Positions 24,408 through 35,859 of a DNA stretch of 38,408 nucleotides are shown piece after piece (the first letter of the stretch is position 1; each line of letters begins with the position of its first letter). The DNA lies in assembly GCA_964553415.1 (NCBI GenBank), contig CAZKLE010000002.1, positions 1-38,408 on the forward strand, in the 5' to 3' direction. The position numbers were made by a program, and so were the translations under genes. This DNA comes from an uncultured Myxococcales bacterium. GTDB taxonomy: Bacteria; Desulfobacterota; Binatia; UBA1149; JAJCZL01. The notes below the pieces were generated by a model, which was not told where the DNA came from, did not search any database, and saw only the letters and a program-made list of their open reading frames with translations.

Positions 24408-25607
24408 ATGGCAAGAAAAGTTTACGTCGTCGGTGTCGGCATGACCAAGTTCGAGAAACCCGGCTCCAAGGCCTGGGACTACCCCGACATGGCCAAAGAG
24501 GCCGGCGAGAAGACCTTGGCCGATGCCGGCATCAAGTTTGAAGAGGTCGAGCAGGCCTGCGTCGGATACTGCTACGGCGACTCTACGGCCGGCCAACGCG
24601 CCGTCTACCAACTCGGCACCACCGGCATCCCCGTCTACAACGTCAACAACAACTGCTCGACCGGCTCGACGGCGCTATTCATGGCAAAACAGTTCGTCGA
24701 AGGCGGGCTGTCCGAATGCGTCATGGCGCTCGGGTTCGAGAAAATGGAAAAGGGCTCGCTCGGCATAAAGTTCACCGACCGAACCAATCCCATGGACAAG
24801 CACTTCGGCCTCATGGTCGAGCTGCGCGGATTGGCGCAAGCTCCCGGCGCGCCGCAAATGTTCGGCAACGCCGGCCGCGAGCACATGGAAAAGTACGGGA
24901 CCACCGCCGAGCAGTTCGCTAAGATCGGCGCCAAAAACCATAAACACTCGGTCAACAATCCGTACTCGCAGTTTCGCGACGAGTATTCCGTTGAAGACAT
25001 CCTCAACTCACCGATGGTCTTTGAGCCCCTGACCAGGCTGCAGTGCTGTCCGACCTCCGATGGAGCCGGCGCAGCCATCGTGTGCAGTGAAGAGTTCGTC
25101 AAGAAGCACGGTCTTCAAGAACAAGCCGTCGAAATTGCCGGCATGGCGATGACCACCGACATGAACTCAAGCTTCGCTGAACGGAGCTGCATCAAGATCA
25201 TCGGGGCTGACATGACCAAAAAGGCCGCGCAAACCGTGTACGAGCAAAGCGGACTCGGACCCGAAGACGTAGACGTCATCGAGCTGCACGACTGCTTCTC
25301 ATCGAATGAGCTGATCACCTACGAAGGGCTCGGACTATGCGAAGAAGGCAAAGGCGGTGAACTGATCGACTCGGGCGCGGTCACCTACGGCGGAAAATGG
25401 GTGGTCAACCCCTCGGGCGGCCTAATCTCCAAGGGCCACCCCCTGGGCGCTACCGGTCTCGCCCAATGCGCAGAACTGAACTGGCAAATTCGCGGTCAGG
25501 CAGACAAGCGTCAGGTCGAAGGCGCGAGCGTCGGGCTGCAACACAATCTCGGCCTGGGCGGTGCGGCTGTGGTGACCATGTATCGGAAGGCCGAACTATC
25601 TGAGTAA
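24408..25607 (+). CDS. SCP2/SCPx-type thiolase (lipid-transfer-protein-like acetyl-CoA C-acyltransferase)
   Basis: 399 aa. It starts [19 protein letters not shown] and has the active-site Cys block [20 protein letters not shown] and [17 protein letters not shown]. This is the typical SCPx-thiolase subfamily pattern. Confidence 0.93.
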   Translation: MARKVYVVGVGMTKFEKPGSKAWDYPDMAKEAGEKTLADAGIKFEEVEQACVGYCYGDSTAGQRAVYQLGTTGIPVYNVNNNCSTGSTALFMAKQFVEGGLSECVMALGFEKMEKGSLGIKFTDRTNPMDKHFGLMVELRGLAQAPGAPQMFGNAGREHMEKYGTTAEQFAKIGAKNHKHSVNNPYSQFRDEYSVEDILNSPMVFEPLTRLQCCPTSDGAGAAIVCSEEFVKKHGLQEQAVEIAGMAMTTDMNSSFAERSCIKIIGADMTKKAAQTVYEQSGLGPEDVDVIELHDCFSSNELITYEGLGLCEEGKGGELIDSGAVTYGGKWVVNPSGGLISKGHPLGATGLAQCAELNWQIRGQADKRQVEGASVGLQHNLGLGGAAVVTMYRKAELSE

Positions 25608-25626
25608 AGACTACGACCGATAAGGC

Positions 25627-26820
25627 TCAGGCGACGGCAACGGGCGCCGCGTCCTGTTCCTCCTTCTGCGCCCACAGCGCTTGTGCCCGCCCAAGCAGCG
25701 GGGCTCGCGACTCGGCCGGCTTTTGCAAAGGTTCTTCGGGCGGTCTCAATCCGGCCGCAATCGCCGGCAACGGCGGCTGCGCACCCCTGCGCAGCGCCCG
25801 GCGGCGCCCCCGCCTCAACTCACACTCGAGTTCACGGGCGTAGCGTGCCAGCGCAGGCCGGGAACGGGCCGTAGAAACATCAAAGAGACCGCGGGCCGTC
25901 CGCCCGCGATCGTAGGGACGCTGGTTTCGCATGGCGAACAAGTCGGGCAGCACATAGCTGCCTCTCAGATACTCGGTCACCAAGACCGCCTGCATAGCCG
26001 CCGCCGCGGTCGCCTCGGCCGGCAGAAAGGAGCCTACAAAGAAAAGGCTGTCGATCGCCGGCCGGAACACACGCTTGTATAGTTCGAACTCATGGCCGCC
26101 GGCGCTCTGCAATGCAGGACTTAGAAAACCGAACTGTGGCGAAAAGCCGGTAGCGTAGACAATCGCATCAACGCCGGCAGACGAACCGTCGGCAAGGAAC
26201 ACGGCCTGTCTGTCAATGCGAAGCGGCTCACCGACCAGTCGCACGCTGCGACCCGCAAGCGCGGAGAGCCGATTCATACTGATCGTCGGTCGACAGCAAA
26301 GGGAAACGTAACGCGCGAACCTGCCCGGCCGCGAGAGTCGAACACTATCGTCGCAGGGGGCCGACGCGAGCAAAACCCGGTGCGCGTACTCGGCCAGTTC
26401 CAAAGCAACGGTTTCCGCCCGATGCCCGTCACCGACCACGAGCACGGTCGCACGACGAAACGCCTTGACGCCGGGGCAGGCGTCGGAGTGGTAGCTTGCG
26501 CCGGAAAAGCCGTCAGAGCCTGCGATCCGAGGGATTCGCGGAGAAAGTCGCGGACGCGTGGTAACAACGAGCGCATCAAAGAAACGAGTCGGACCGCATT
26601 CCGGATGCAAGCTCCAGGCTCCGTTATCGATGCGCCGGACATGGTCAAGGCGTTCGTGGGCAAGCGCGCCCGTTCCGCCGGCACCACCGGAACCTTCCTC
26701 GAGCGGAACCCCGCCCTGGTGACGTTCGAACGGCAGACCACAATCGAGGAAAGCCTTTGCCACTGCGGCACTTAGATGCGACGTGCCAACAATACACGTC
26801 GTCGGTAATTCTCCGGTCAT
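25627..26820 (-). CDS. flavin-containing-monooxygenase-like NAD(P)/FAD oxidoreductase with degenerate N-terminal dinucleotide motif
   Basis: The internal ATG at 26820 gives MTGELPTTCIVGTSHLSAAVAKAFLDCG, where GxGxxG reads GTSHLS. It has an FMO-like FSGASYHS, a second Rossmann motif VLVVGDGHRAETVALELA and DAIVYATGF. The C-terminal tail is Arg/Pro/Ala-rich. Confidence 0.75.
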   Translation of the reverse strand: MTGELPTTCIVGTSHLSAAVAKAFLDCGLPFERHQGGVPLEEGSGGAGGTGALAHERLDHVRRIDNGAWSLHPECGPTRFFDALVVTTRPRLSPRIPRIAGSDGFSGASYHSDACPGVKAFRRATVLVVGDGHRAETVALELAEYAHRVLLASAPCDDSVRLSRPGRFARYVSLCCRPTISMNRLSALAGRSVRLVGEPLRIDRQAVFLADGSSAGVDAIVYATGFSPQFGFLSPALQSAGGHEFELYKRVFRPAIDSLFFVGSFLPAEATAAAAMQAVLVTEYLRGSYVLPDLFAMRNQRPYDRGRTARGLFDVSTARSRPALARYARELECELRRGRRRALRRGAQPPLPAIAAGLRPPEEPLQKPAESRAPLLGRAQALWAQKEEQDAAPVAVA

Positions 26821-27055
26821 TACGTAGCCGCCCCCATTCTCGCTCACCCGCAGCTTGCAACCATAGCGAACCTTGGGCCTGGCGCCAAACGGTTTGTGCA
26901 AAATCGCACACCCATTCGGGTGGGATTTAGGTCGTATTTGTCAGGACTTGCTTGAGCCGGACGCCCCGGCGTACACCAGCGCACCAACGAGATCGGCAAC
27001 GCGGCCCGCCCGGCTCCCGCCGGCGGCGACCATCAGCAACGACACTCAGGCGGGC

Positions 27056-28081
27056 TTAGTTCCAGCGCAGAGCCATACCGCCATAGCTCCAAGTGGCGCT
27101 CTCTGCACTGGCCATCAGCAAGAGATCGCCCGCCTGAAATGTGTGCTCACGCTTGAGTTCATCGAGGAGGATCAGCGTCGAAGGGGACAGAGTGTTGCCG
27201 ACGTGGTCGATATTGAGATGGAGTTTCTCCGCCGGCATCCCCAACGACGAGATAATACGCTTCATGTTTCCCGTAGCCTGATGGATAAGAAGATGATCGA
27301 CGTCGTCAAATTTCAGGCCGATACCGTTGAGCACAGCGTCAGCTGCGCGGCGGGTCAGCGGACCGCCCAACTCGAGAACTCTGCGAAAATCATGGTAGGC
27401 GATGCCCTCGCAAGCGGAACGTTTCCGGCGAGCGTTTCGCCCGCCGGTTGCAACACGGAGCAAGATTCCCGGAGATTGGTCGCTTGCCGTCGATACCGCG
27501 AGCGGAGATTCGATACGGGCAAGTCCACCTTGGCCGGCCGCCAATACCATCGCGCCGGCCCCGTCCCCATACAACGCCATACTCATTCGAAGGTCCTTGG
27601 GCAGGTTCCGGTCGAAAACGAAATACGGGGAACCCGCGTCGGCCGCTACGATTAGGACGGTCGCCGCTCGCCCGGTCGAGAGCAGCCCTTCGGCCAGCAA
27701 AACGGCCCGAAAGATTCCGGTGCACGCCGCCTGCAGACTGAAACCCAATCCCTCCGCTACGCCGAGGTCACGGCGGATCAGAAAATCAAGAGGCGGCGAG
27801 ATGTACTCCGGCGTCATGGAAACAGCGATCACCGCATCGAGTTTCTTCGCGACCACCCCGGCGTCTTCCAGAGCCCGGCGCCCGGCCTGCGCCGCCAGCG
27901 TACTCACCGATTCGCTATCGGTCTCCGTCGTGCCCTCGTCTTGACGTACCCACCGGCGTTCGGTCACACCGAAAAGCTCGGCGATCCGCCCGGGCTCGAG
28001 GCCCACAAGTTCGGCAACCTCGCGGTTGTCAACACGCCTCGCGGGAAGCGACGCACCCACGCCCTGAACCGATAATCTCAC
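27056..28081 (-). CDS. FabH-like 3-oxoacyl-ACP synthase III (KAS III) family protein
   Basis: GTG 28081 gives (M)RLSVQGVGASLPARRVDNREV, a FabH-like N-terminus. The catalytic triad contexts are SLQAACTGIF (Cys), LLIHQATGNM (His) and HVGNTLSPS (Asn). The upstream 67 codons of the track ORF overlap the permease and look like junk. Confidence 0.9.
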   Translation of the reverse strand: MRLSVQGVGASLPARRVDNREVAELVGLEPGRIAELFGVTERRWVRQDEGTTETDSESVSTLAAQAGRRALEDAGVVAKKLDAVIAVSMTPEYISPPLDFLIRRDLGVAEGLGFSLQAACTGIFRAVLLAEGLLSTGRAATVLIVAADAGSPYFVFDRNLPKDLRMSMALYGDGAGAMVLAAGQGGLARIESPLAVSTASDQSPGILLRVATGGRNARRKRSACEGIAYHDFRRVLELGGPLTRRAADAVLNGIGLKFDDVDHLLIHQATGNMKRIISSLGMPAEKLHLNIDHVGNTLSPSTLILLDELKREHTFQAGDLLLMASAESATWSYGGMALRWN

Positions 28082-28091
28082 TGTTGCACCC

Positions 28092-30686
28092 CTATTCCAC
28101 CAGTAACGTTTGTGCCGGAAGCGCCCGCACCTCCGAAGCACCAGCGACGGCACCGGCAAACATAGCCGTGAGCGTAGAAAGCACGACGCATACGATGGCG
28201 CTTCCCCAAGCCATGTGCAGGTGCAGTACGTATCCAACGAGCAACGGATAGGCAACGTGCACCCACAACCACGAGGCAACAAAGCCCAACACCACGCCGC
28301 AAACTCCAGCCGTAAACCCTACGACACCGGCCTGGTAGACGATGACACGCACGATCCCTCGATCGGTCATACCGACAGCCCGAAGCGTCGCCTGAATGCC
28401 CCGGGAATCGAACACGCTAGAGACCACGAGGTCCACAATTCCCGCCAGCGTTATCAAGATCACCAGAAGCTGAAGCGCATCAAGGTCGGCAAACGCCAAA
28501 GCGATGGCGTCGTCGATGTGCGCAACCAGCTCGCCGATCGAGAGTACGGAAACCGACTCCGCGTCGGCACCGGCCTGCAGACGGAATTGGCGCCGCACCT
28601 GGCGCAAAGATACACCCGGCTTCAGAGATAATGCGATGTAATTGGCAAGGTGATCCCGCCAGCGCCGCTCGAACAGCCGCCGACCGAGAATCACCGAGCC
28701 ACGGTCGGAGATAAAGTCGGGGACCACCGCAGCGATCCGCAGCTCGAGGGGCCCGGTGGGCGAGACGAGTTCGATCGTGTCGCCTATAGCCAGTCCATAG
28801 TGGACTCTCATATTCTCCGAGATCGCCGCTGCGCTTCCGTCGCGAATACTTTCGATTGCTTCCCGGTTTTGCGAGCCACGCAGCTCTCCGATGCCCGCCA
28901 TCGCATAGCGAAGATATCCGTCCCCCAAAGACGCGATCGCGATACGGTCACCGGCATACGGTTGGCCTTGCAAAACACGCAGCGTATCGACTGCCGCGAC
29001 ACCGGGAAGCCGGCTGATCGTATCCGCGTAGTCGTCCGTCACTGCCGCCGCAAGCCACCCTCCCTGCTGAGTTCGTGACGTGACTACTGCGTCTCCGTAG
29101 AATGCGTACCATTGAGAGATCGACCTGCGAAAGCTCTCCGGCAACGTCGACGCCGCAATCACGACCCCGATCGATAAAGAAATGGCTGCCACCGTGATGA
29201 GGCTCCTTTCTACGTTACGATTGAGAAGTTCAACGGCCAACCAACGAGTTGTTCGCCCCAGCCCTTTCTTCGCCCGACCTAAGCGGATCCACAAGATACG
29301 CACCACAGGAAGAGAAACGATGATGCAGGCCGGCCAGAGCAACAATACCGCACCGGAGAATGCGGCAGCGGACCCCGAGCGCCGAGCCAAAAGCGCAACG
29401 ATCGACGCCGCGACGGCAATGCCGCCGCCGAGACCGAAATAGGAGACGGCAGAAAACTTGTCCGGGTCATCCGCGACCCCGACTTGCCGCAACGATAGAG
29501 GATCGAGCTTACCTAAACGACGTGCCGGTCCATACGCCGAGACCGCTGCGGCACCAGCACCCAGCCATGGCAGCCACAACAGGTACGCGACGGGCGGGAT
29601 CGACGACCGCCCGGCCGCAAACGGCAAGGAGTAGTTGAGACTCATGCCGGCGGCGACGTCTGCGACCGCCATCTTTGCCATGAGGATTCCCGACAACGCC
29701 CCGAGGATGCCGCCGACAAGGCCGAGAAGTGCAGCTTCGACAATCACCAGTCTCACCACCGACACAGGTGTCGATCCCGTTCGGATGAGTGTAGCCAGCA
29801 TCGGCGTACGATAACTCACAAGGGCAACCGTGGTCGCGTAGACGATGAACACGGCGGCCAAGAGCACAAATGCGCTGATCCCGATCAAGGTCGCGCGCAG
29901 GCCTGATACCAGCTTCCGGTTGGCGAGCTTGCGTTGCGCCGGTTCCGAAACCACCAACTGCTTCGCAATGTCTTCTTGCAGAGCACGAGCCGCCACCGGG
30001 GGTGAGACTCCGGCTTTCAATTCCACGTCGATCCGATCGATGGGCGACTCACGACCGTCAGCCCCCACGAGGCCCAGAACACCCTGTGCGGCGGGCAGAT
30101 ACATGATCGCAACGCGTTCCCCGTAGGAACTCGGAAGCCCTTCACCGCGGATCAGTCCCCGCACCGTGTACTCCCGTGTGCCGATCGCGCTCGCGAGTCG
30201 AACTCGGTCGTCGAGCTTCAAGCCTCGCTCGGCGGCAACTCGCTCGGTCAAAAACACACCATAAGGATCGTTGAGGATAGAAAAATCATCCGCCGTTCTC
30301 TCCACGACGGTTACATCATAAAGTTTCTGAACTTCGGGCTTGAGAAGATCGACTCCGAACAGCTCGAGCAATTCACCAGAACCGTCCGCAAACGAGAGCG
30401 TACCGCGTACGAGAGCCGCTGCACGTTTTACAAACGGTTCGTGCCCTACCCGTTCCGTCAACTCCTCCGAAAATCGGGACTCCCCCGTACCGAACGTGAT
30501 TTGCAACGCGGCGCGGCCCGCAATTTTGTCGACCTGAGCGTTGAAGTCGCGAATCACCGCCTCGCTGGCAAGAAGCGTCGCCGTGAGCAGTCCTACGCCG
30601 AGAGCGATCGAGACCACAAAGAGTCCCACGCGAAACGGACGCGACGCCAGATCCCGGAGGCTTATGTTACGGAGTAGCGAAAACAT
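28092..30686 (-). CDS. ABC transporter permease with two FtsX domains (MacB/YbbP-like)
   Basis: About 865 aa. It starts [31 protein letters not shown], followed by a large periplasmic segment, a 4-TM FtsX block, a second periplasmic segment and a second FtsX block (LRAVGMTDRGIVRVIVYQ...). Alternative starts are at 30698, 30701 and 30710. All of them overlap the ATPase stop (30667). Confidence 0.9.
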   Translation of the reverse strand: MFSLLRNISLRDLASRPFRVGLFVVSIALGVGLLTATLLASEAVIRDFNAQVDKIAGRAALQITFGTGESRFSEELTERVGHEPFVKRAAALVRGTLSFADGSGELLELFGVDLLKPEVQKLYDVTVVERTADDFSILNDPYGVFLTERVAAERGLKLDDRVRLASAIGTREYTVRGLIRGEGLPSSYGERVAIMYLPAAQGVLGLVGADGRESPIDRIDVELKAGVSPPVAARALQEDIAKQLVVSEPAQRKLANRKLVSGLRATLIGISAFVLLAAVFIVYATTVALVSYRTPMLATLIRTGSTPVSVVRLVIVEAALLGLVGGILGALSGILMAKMAVADVAAGMSLNYSLPFAAGRSSIPPVAYLLWLPWLGAGAAAVSAYGPARRLGKLDPLSLRQVGVADDPDKFSAVSYFGLGGGIAVAASIVALLARRSGSAAAFSGAVLLLWPACIIVSLPVVRILWIRLGRAKKGLGRTTRWLAVELLNRNVERSLITVAAISLSIGVVIAASTLPESFRRSISQWYAFYGDAVVTSRTQQGGWLAAAVTDDYADTISRLPGVAAVDTLRVLQGQPYAGDRIAIASLGDGYLRYAMAGIGELRGSQNREAIESIRDGSAAAISENMRVHYGLAIGDTIELVSPTGPLELRIAAVVPDFISDRGSVILGRRLFERRWRDHLANYIALSLKPGVSLRQVRRQFRLQAGADAESVSVLSIGELVAHIDDAIALAFADLDALQLLVILITLAGIVDLVVSSVFDSRGIQATLRAVGMTDRGIVRVIVYQAGVVGFTAGVCGVVLGFVASWLWVHVAYPLLVGYVLHLHMAWGSAIVCVVLSTLTAMFAGAVAGASEVRALPAQTLLVE

Positions 30687-31404
30687 GAAGCCCGTCATCA
30701 TCGCCCGCATCGCCGTCGTCGGACAACCCCAGGTCCTCGGTGATACGGCCGTCGACCATGCGAACAACCCGGTCCGTCAACGACGCCCAAACGGGATCAT
30801 GCGTGACGATCACCATCGTCACGCCGGTTTGTTGATTGACGTCACGGAGCAGCTGCATAACCTGCCGCGCCGCGTGCGAGTCCAGGTTGCCGGTGGGCTC
30901 GTCGGCCAGTACGACGCGGGGACGAATCACGAGCGCCCGTGCCAACGCAACGCGCTGCATTTCCCCACCCGAGAGTTGGTGCGGCTTATGGTCGGCACGG
31001 GCCGCCAGATCAACGGTCTCGAGGACCTCCATCACCCGCTCGTGCTCATTGCGTGCCGCTCCCGCATCCAGGCGCAGGGGCAATGCCACGTTCTCGTAAC
31101 TCGTCAGAAACGGGATCAAATTGAAAAACTGAAACACGATCCCCACCTCGTGGCGCCGAAGCAAAGCCAGTTGGTTCTTGTCGAGCTTCGAGATCTCTCG
31201 CTCGCCGATACGAATCTGTCCGCTATCGATGCCGGTGAGCCCGGTCGCCGTATGCAGCAGCGTACTCTTGCCCGCACCGCTCGGCCCCATCAACGCGCAC
31301 ATTTGATGCTCGGGGACGACGAGGTTGACCTCTTGCAACGCACGCACACAGCTCGGGCCTTCCCCGAAGTGCTTACATACCGCTTCAAAGTGAATCATCG
31401 CCAA
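30667..31404 (-). CDS. ABC transporter ATP-binding protein (LolD/MacB-type)
   Basis: 245 aa. It has Walker [12 protein letters not shown], the Q-loop, the signature [15 protein letters not shown], Walker [13 protein letters not shown] and the H-loop VTHD. Confidence 0.96.
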   Translation of the reverse strand: MAMIHFEAVCKHFGEGPSCVRALQEVNLVVPEHQMCALMGPSGAGKSTLLHTATGLTGIDSGQIRIGEREISKLDKNQLALLRRHEVGIVFQFFNLIPFLTSYENVALPLRLDAGAARNEHERVMEVLETVDLAARADHKPHQLSGGEMQRVALARALVIRPRVVLADEPTGNLDSHAARQVMQLLRDVNQQTGVTMVIVTHDPVWASLTDRVVRMVDGRITEDLGLSDDGDAGDDDGLHVFATP

Positions 31405-31436
31405 AGCGGTCCTGTACGCCGCAGGCCTCCCATCGG

Positions 31437-31988
31437 TCAGAAGGAGCGGATAACCGTGCGCTCTATATGCTCGAGCCAGCCGAGGTCTGCGCGCACGCGC
31501 ATCTCGGCTCCGTCCATTACCAGCCCTACAACCTGTGTATCATAACCGGATTTTTCCAAGCGGCAGCGACGCTTGGACAGTCGCGCCAAACGGGTCAGGT
31601 AGATACCGCGTTGGCGCGTGATCAACTCGCTGATCGCGTCTACGTTCGCTTTACCCAAAAAAAGAAGTTTCACCGACAATTCGTCCCGCAAAGGCTGAGG
31701 GTCTTCCGACACCGGCTGTAGCAGCCAATCGTCAAGCGTCTGTCGGCCGGCATCGGTAATTCTGTAGACCTTTCTATTCGGCCGATGCTCCTGGATCTCT
31801 TGGGCGACCCCCAATTGGCCGCAACGCTCGAGGTCGTCGAGCACGCGGTACATCTTGCCGTAGTTCAGACCCCAGAAATCACCGCACAGGGCCTCGAATT
31901 CCGATTTCAGTCGGTAGCCATGCATTCCATCCGATGATGATGAGACAAAGCCCAGTACTGCGTATTCCAAGTTGCCTTTTCCCATCAA
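31437..31988 (-). CDS. PadR-family transcriptional regulator
   Basis: 183 aa. The winged-HTH region is EYAVLGFVSSSSDGMHGYRLKSEFEALCGDFWGLNYGKMYRVLDDLERCGQL...RKVYRITDAGR, followed by a C-terminal PadR-1-type extension. Confidence 0.9.
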   Translation of the reverse strand: MMGKGNLEYAVLGFVSSSSDGMHGYRLKSEFEALCGDFWGLNYGKMYRVLDDLERCGQLGVAQEIQEHRPNRKVYRITDAGRQTLDDWLLQPVSEDPQPLRDELSVKLLFLGKANVDAISELITRQRGIYLTRLARLSKRRCRLEKSGYDTQVVGLVMDGAEMRVRADLGWLEHIERTVIRSF

Positions 31989-32270
31989 GAATCCCCCTCA
32001 GAAAACGGCTCCCAACCAACGCCTGAATAGCAACACGGAAGCCACCCTAAAGTCAACGAATATGCGGCCCTTTGGCGCTCCGGCGGCCTGCTGATGTTTA
32101 TGGACGAAATAAGACGCTCTGGTCCGGCCCACCGTTGTTTTGGGCCGGTGACAGCCCCCTAGCCCCATTCGAGCACGTTCTTGTCTTTTCGCTGTTTCCC
32201 TTGTAACTCTTTGCGATTCGACTATGTCGCAGCGCGTGATTCGCTGTGCTGCGGCACTCCGGACGACACC

Positions 32271-33821
<1,551 letters not shown>

Positions 33822-33854
33822 GGGATTGGCGCGGCGGCGACGGGGACAGCAAGA

Positions 33855-34214
33855 GTGGACGCAGCCATCACCACGGGGCCCATCATGACCACCATCGGGG
33901 TCGGTGCGGTTTTTGTCGCGCTGGGTTTGCTGATCGCGGTGGTCGTGATCACCTCCCACTTGATCGACCGTCGTGAAAATGGCGATGGGACAGGCGATAA
34001 AGGGGCACGCAGCGCCGGCAAGCACACGAGCGCAAACAAAGACGCACACACCGCCGGCACTCACACCGACCACACACAGCTGCTGCACATAGCCTTGGCG
34101 GCCTACGGATTGCATCGTCGCAACGGCGTCGCCGTACGCGGGCCCCAACCGCTATCGCAATGGGCTACGGCCTCGCGGGTAGCGCAACGCGAGAGGTTCC
34201 CGGGGAAAACATGA
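33855..34214 (+). CDS. OadG-like small membrane subunit of Na+-translocating decarboxylase (Mmd delta-like)
   Basis: It has an N-terminal TM helix IGVGAVFVALGLLIAVVVITSHLI. The OadG-type C-terminal motif is LLHIALAAYGLHRR (compare Klebsiella OadG ...VIAAAIHHHRLNA, from memory). Its position between the alpha subunit and the biotin carrier fits. The start is GTG 33855 or ATG 33885. Confidence 0.6.
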   Translation: MDAAITTGPIMTTIGVGAVFVALGLLIAVVVITSHLIDRRENGDGTGDKGARSAGKHTSANKDAHTAGTHTDHTQLLHIALAAYGLHRRNGVAVRGPQPLSQWATASRVAQRERFPGKT

Positions 34215-34221
34215 GGAAGCG

Positions 34222-34662
34222 ATGGCTACCTACAAGGTAAAGACAGGCGGCAAAGAATACGACGTCAAGGTCGAAGACGACGGCCTCGGCGGCGCTACCG
34301 TCACGGTCGAAGGCGAGCGCTTTCACGTCGAGCCCGGCGCAGGCACACCGCCACCACGACCGGGCGCACCGGCTCCGCTCCCAACGGCCCCAATCGTGCC
34401 GACGCACCCCGCTGCCGGCTCCCCTTCCCCGACGGCCGCGGCGACCGGCAGCGGATCGATCGCAGCGCCGATCCCCGGTGTTGTCACGACACTGATGGTC
34501 AAAGTCGGCGATCAAGTCAGCGCCGGACAGATCGTTTTGAAACTCGAAGCAATGAAGATGGAAAACGACATCGCTGCGCCGGTGGCGGGAACCGTCCGCG
34601 ACATTCCCGTGTCCGAGGGCGCCCAGGTGAGTGACGGCCAGCTTCTGATGGTGATCTCCTGA
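34222..34662 (+). CDS. biotin carboxyl carrier protein (biotinyl domain; Mmd gamma-like)
   Basis: 146 aa. The N-terminus MATYKVKTGGKEYDVKVED resembles the transcarboxylase 1.3S subunit. It has a Pro/Ala linker, and the biotinyl-Lys motif is LKLEAMKMENDI. Confidence 0.9.
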   Translation: MATYKVKTGGKEYDVKVEDDGLGGATVTVEGERFHVEPGAGTPPPRPGAPAPLPTAPIVPTHPAAGSPSPTAAATGSGSIAAPIPGVVTTLMVKVGDQVSAGQIVLKLEAMKMENDIAAPVAGTVRDIPVSEGAQVSDGQLLMVIS

Positions 34663-34665
34663 AGC

Positions 34666-35796
34666 ATGCTTGACGGCATCCTTCATTTCTTCTGGACCAC
34701 AGGGTTCGGACTCTACCTTTCCGACGTCTCCAATCTGTGGAACGTCGTCATGATCGGCGTCGGCCTCGTCCTCATCATGCTCGCCGTGCGCAAGAACTAC
34801 GAGCCGCTCCTACTCGTGCCGATCGGCTTCGGCATGATCATGGGCAACATCCCCGCGGGCGGCGCCTCACCGCAGGTCGAGGGTACGATCCAGTTCCTGT
34901 ACTTCGGCGTGAAGCACGAAATCTATCCCTCGCTCATTTTTCTCGGTCTCGGAGCCATGACCGACTTTTCGGCCATGCTCTCGCAGCCGCGACTGATCCT
35001 GCTGGGAGCAGCTGCGCAGGTGGGAATCTTCGCAACCTACTGGGGCGCCCTCGCGCTCGGCTTCCTTCCCACCGAAGCAGGCGCCATCGGTATCATCGGC
35101 GGTGCCGACGGACCGACGACCATTTTCGTTACCGCCCGTCTCGCTCCGCATCTGCTTTCGGCCGTAGCCGTGGCCGCCTACGGCTACATGGCGCTGGTGC
35201 CGATCATTCAGCCCCCCATCGTACGCGCGCTCACCACCAAGAAGGAAAGGCTTATCAAGATGCCGGCGCCGCGTACGGTATCGAAGACCGAAAAGATCGC
35301 CTTTCCCATCGTCGCCTTTCTTACGTGCACGCTGATTGCACCGGCGGCAACCACCTTGCTCGGCATGCTGTTCTTCGGCAACCTGCTCAAGGAATCCGGC
35401 GTCACCGACCGTCTGGCCAACACCGCCAAGTCGGCCTTTATCGACTCGGTGACCATTATCCTCGGCCTTACGGTCGGTGCCGGTGCCACCGCCGACCGAT
35501 TTCTGACCCCCGAGGCCCTGAAAATCTTCGTGCTCGGACTTATAGCGTTTTCCGTCGCGACCGCCTCGGGCGTGATCCTCGCCAAGCTCATGAATCGATT
35601 CTCGCACACGCCGATCAACCCCATCATCGGCGCCGCCGGCGTATCCGCGGTTCCTATGGCCGCCCGCGTCGCGATGGTCACCGCACAGAAAGACGACCCC
35701 ACCAATTTCCTGATCATGCACGCCATGGGCCCCAATGTTGCAGGCGTGATCGGCTCGGCGGTAGCTGCTGGGGTGCTGCTGTCGCTGCTCGGCTGA
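34666..35796 (+). CDS. mmdB: Na+-translocating decarboxylase beta subunit (OadB/MmdB/GcdB family)
   Basis: 376 aa, polytopic. Blocks include FGMIMGNIP, LIFLGLGAMTDFS, IIGGADGPT, LVPIIQPP and IGAAGVSAVPMAARV. These are conserved OadB-family blocks, including the D and S/N residues of the Na+ site region. Confidence 0.95.
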   Translation: MLDGILHFFWTTGFGLYLSDVSNLWNVVMIGVGLVLIMLAVRKNYEPLLLVPIGFGMIMGNIPAGGASPQVEGTIQFLYFGVKHEIYPSLIFLGLGAMTDFSAMLSQPRLILLGAAAQVGIFATYWGALALGFLPTEAGAIGIIGGADGPTTIFVTARLAPHLLSAVAVAAYGYMALVPIIQPPIVRALTTKKERLIKMPAPRTVSKTEKIAFPIVAFLTCTLIAPAATTLLGMLFFGNLLKESGVTDRLANTAKSAFIDSVTIILGLTVGAGATADRFLTPEALKIFVLGLIAFSVATASGVILAKLMNRFSHTPINPIIGAAGVSAVPMAARVAMVTAQKDDPTNFLIMHAMGPNVAGVIGSAVAAGVLLSLLG

Positions 35797-35859
35797 GAAC
35801 GGGTCGGCCGGCCCGGCACCTCTTGGGATCGTACGAGGATTCGGCTAGGTTCACGCGTT

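Noticed and set aside
30541-31545. 334-aa plus-strand ORF
   Set aside because: It runs antisense to the ABC ATPase, which has a perfect Walker A, signature motif and Walker B on the minus strand.
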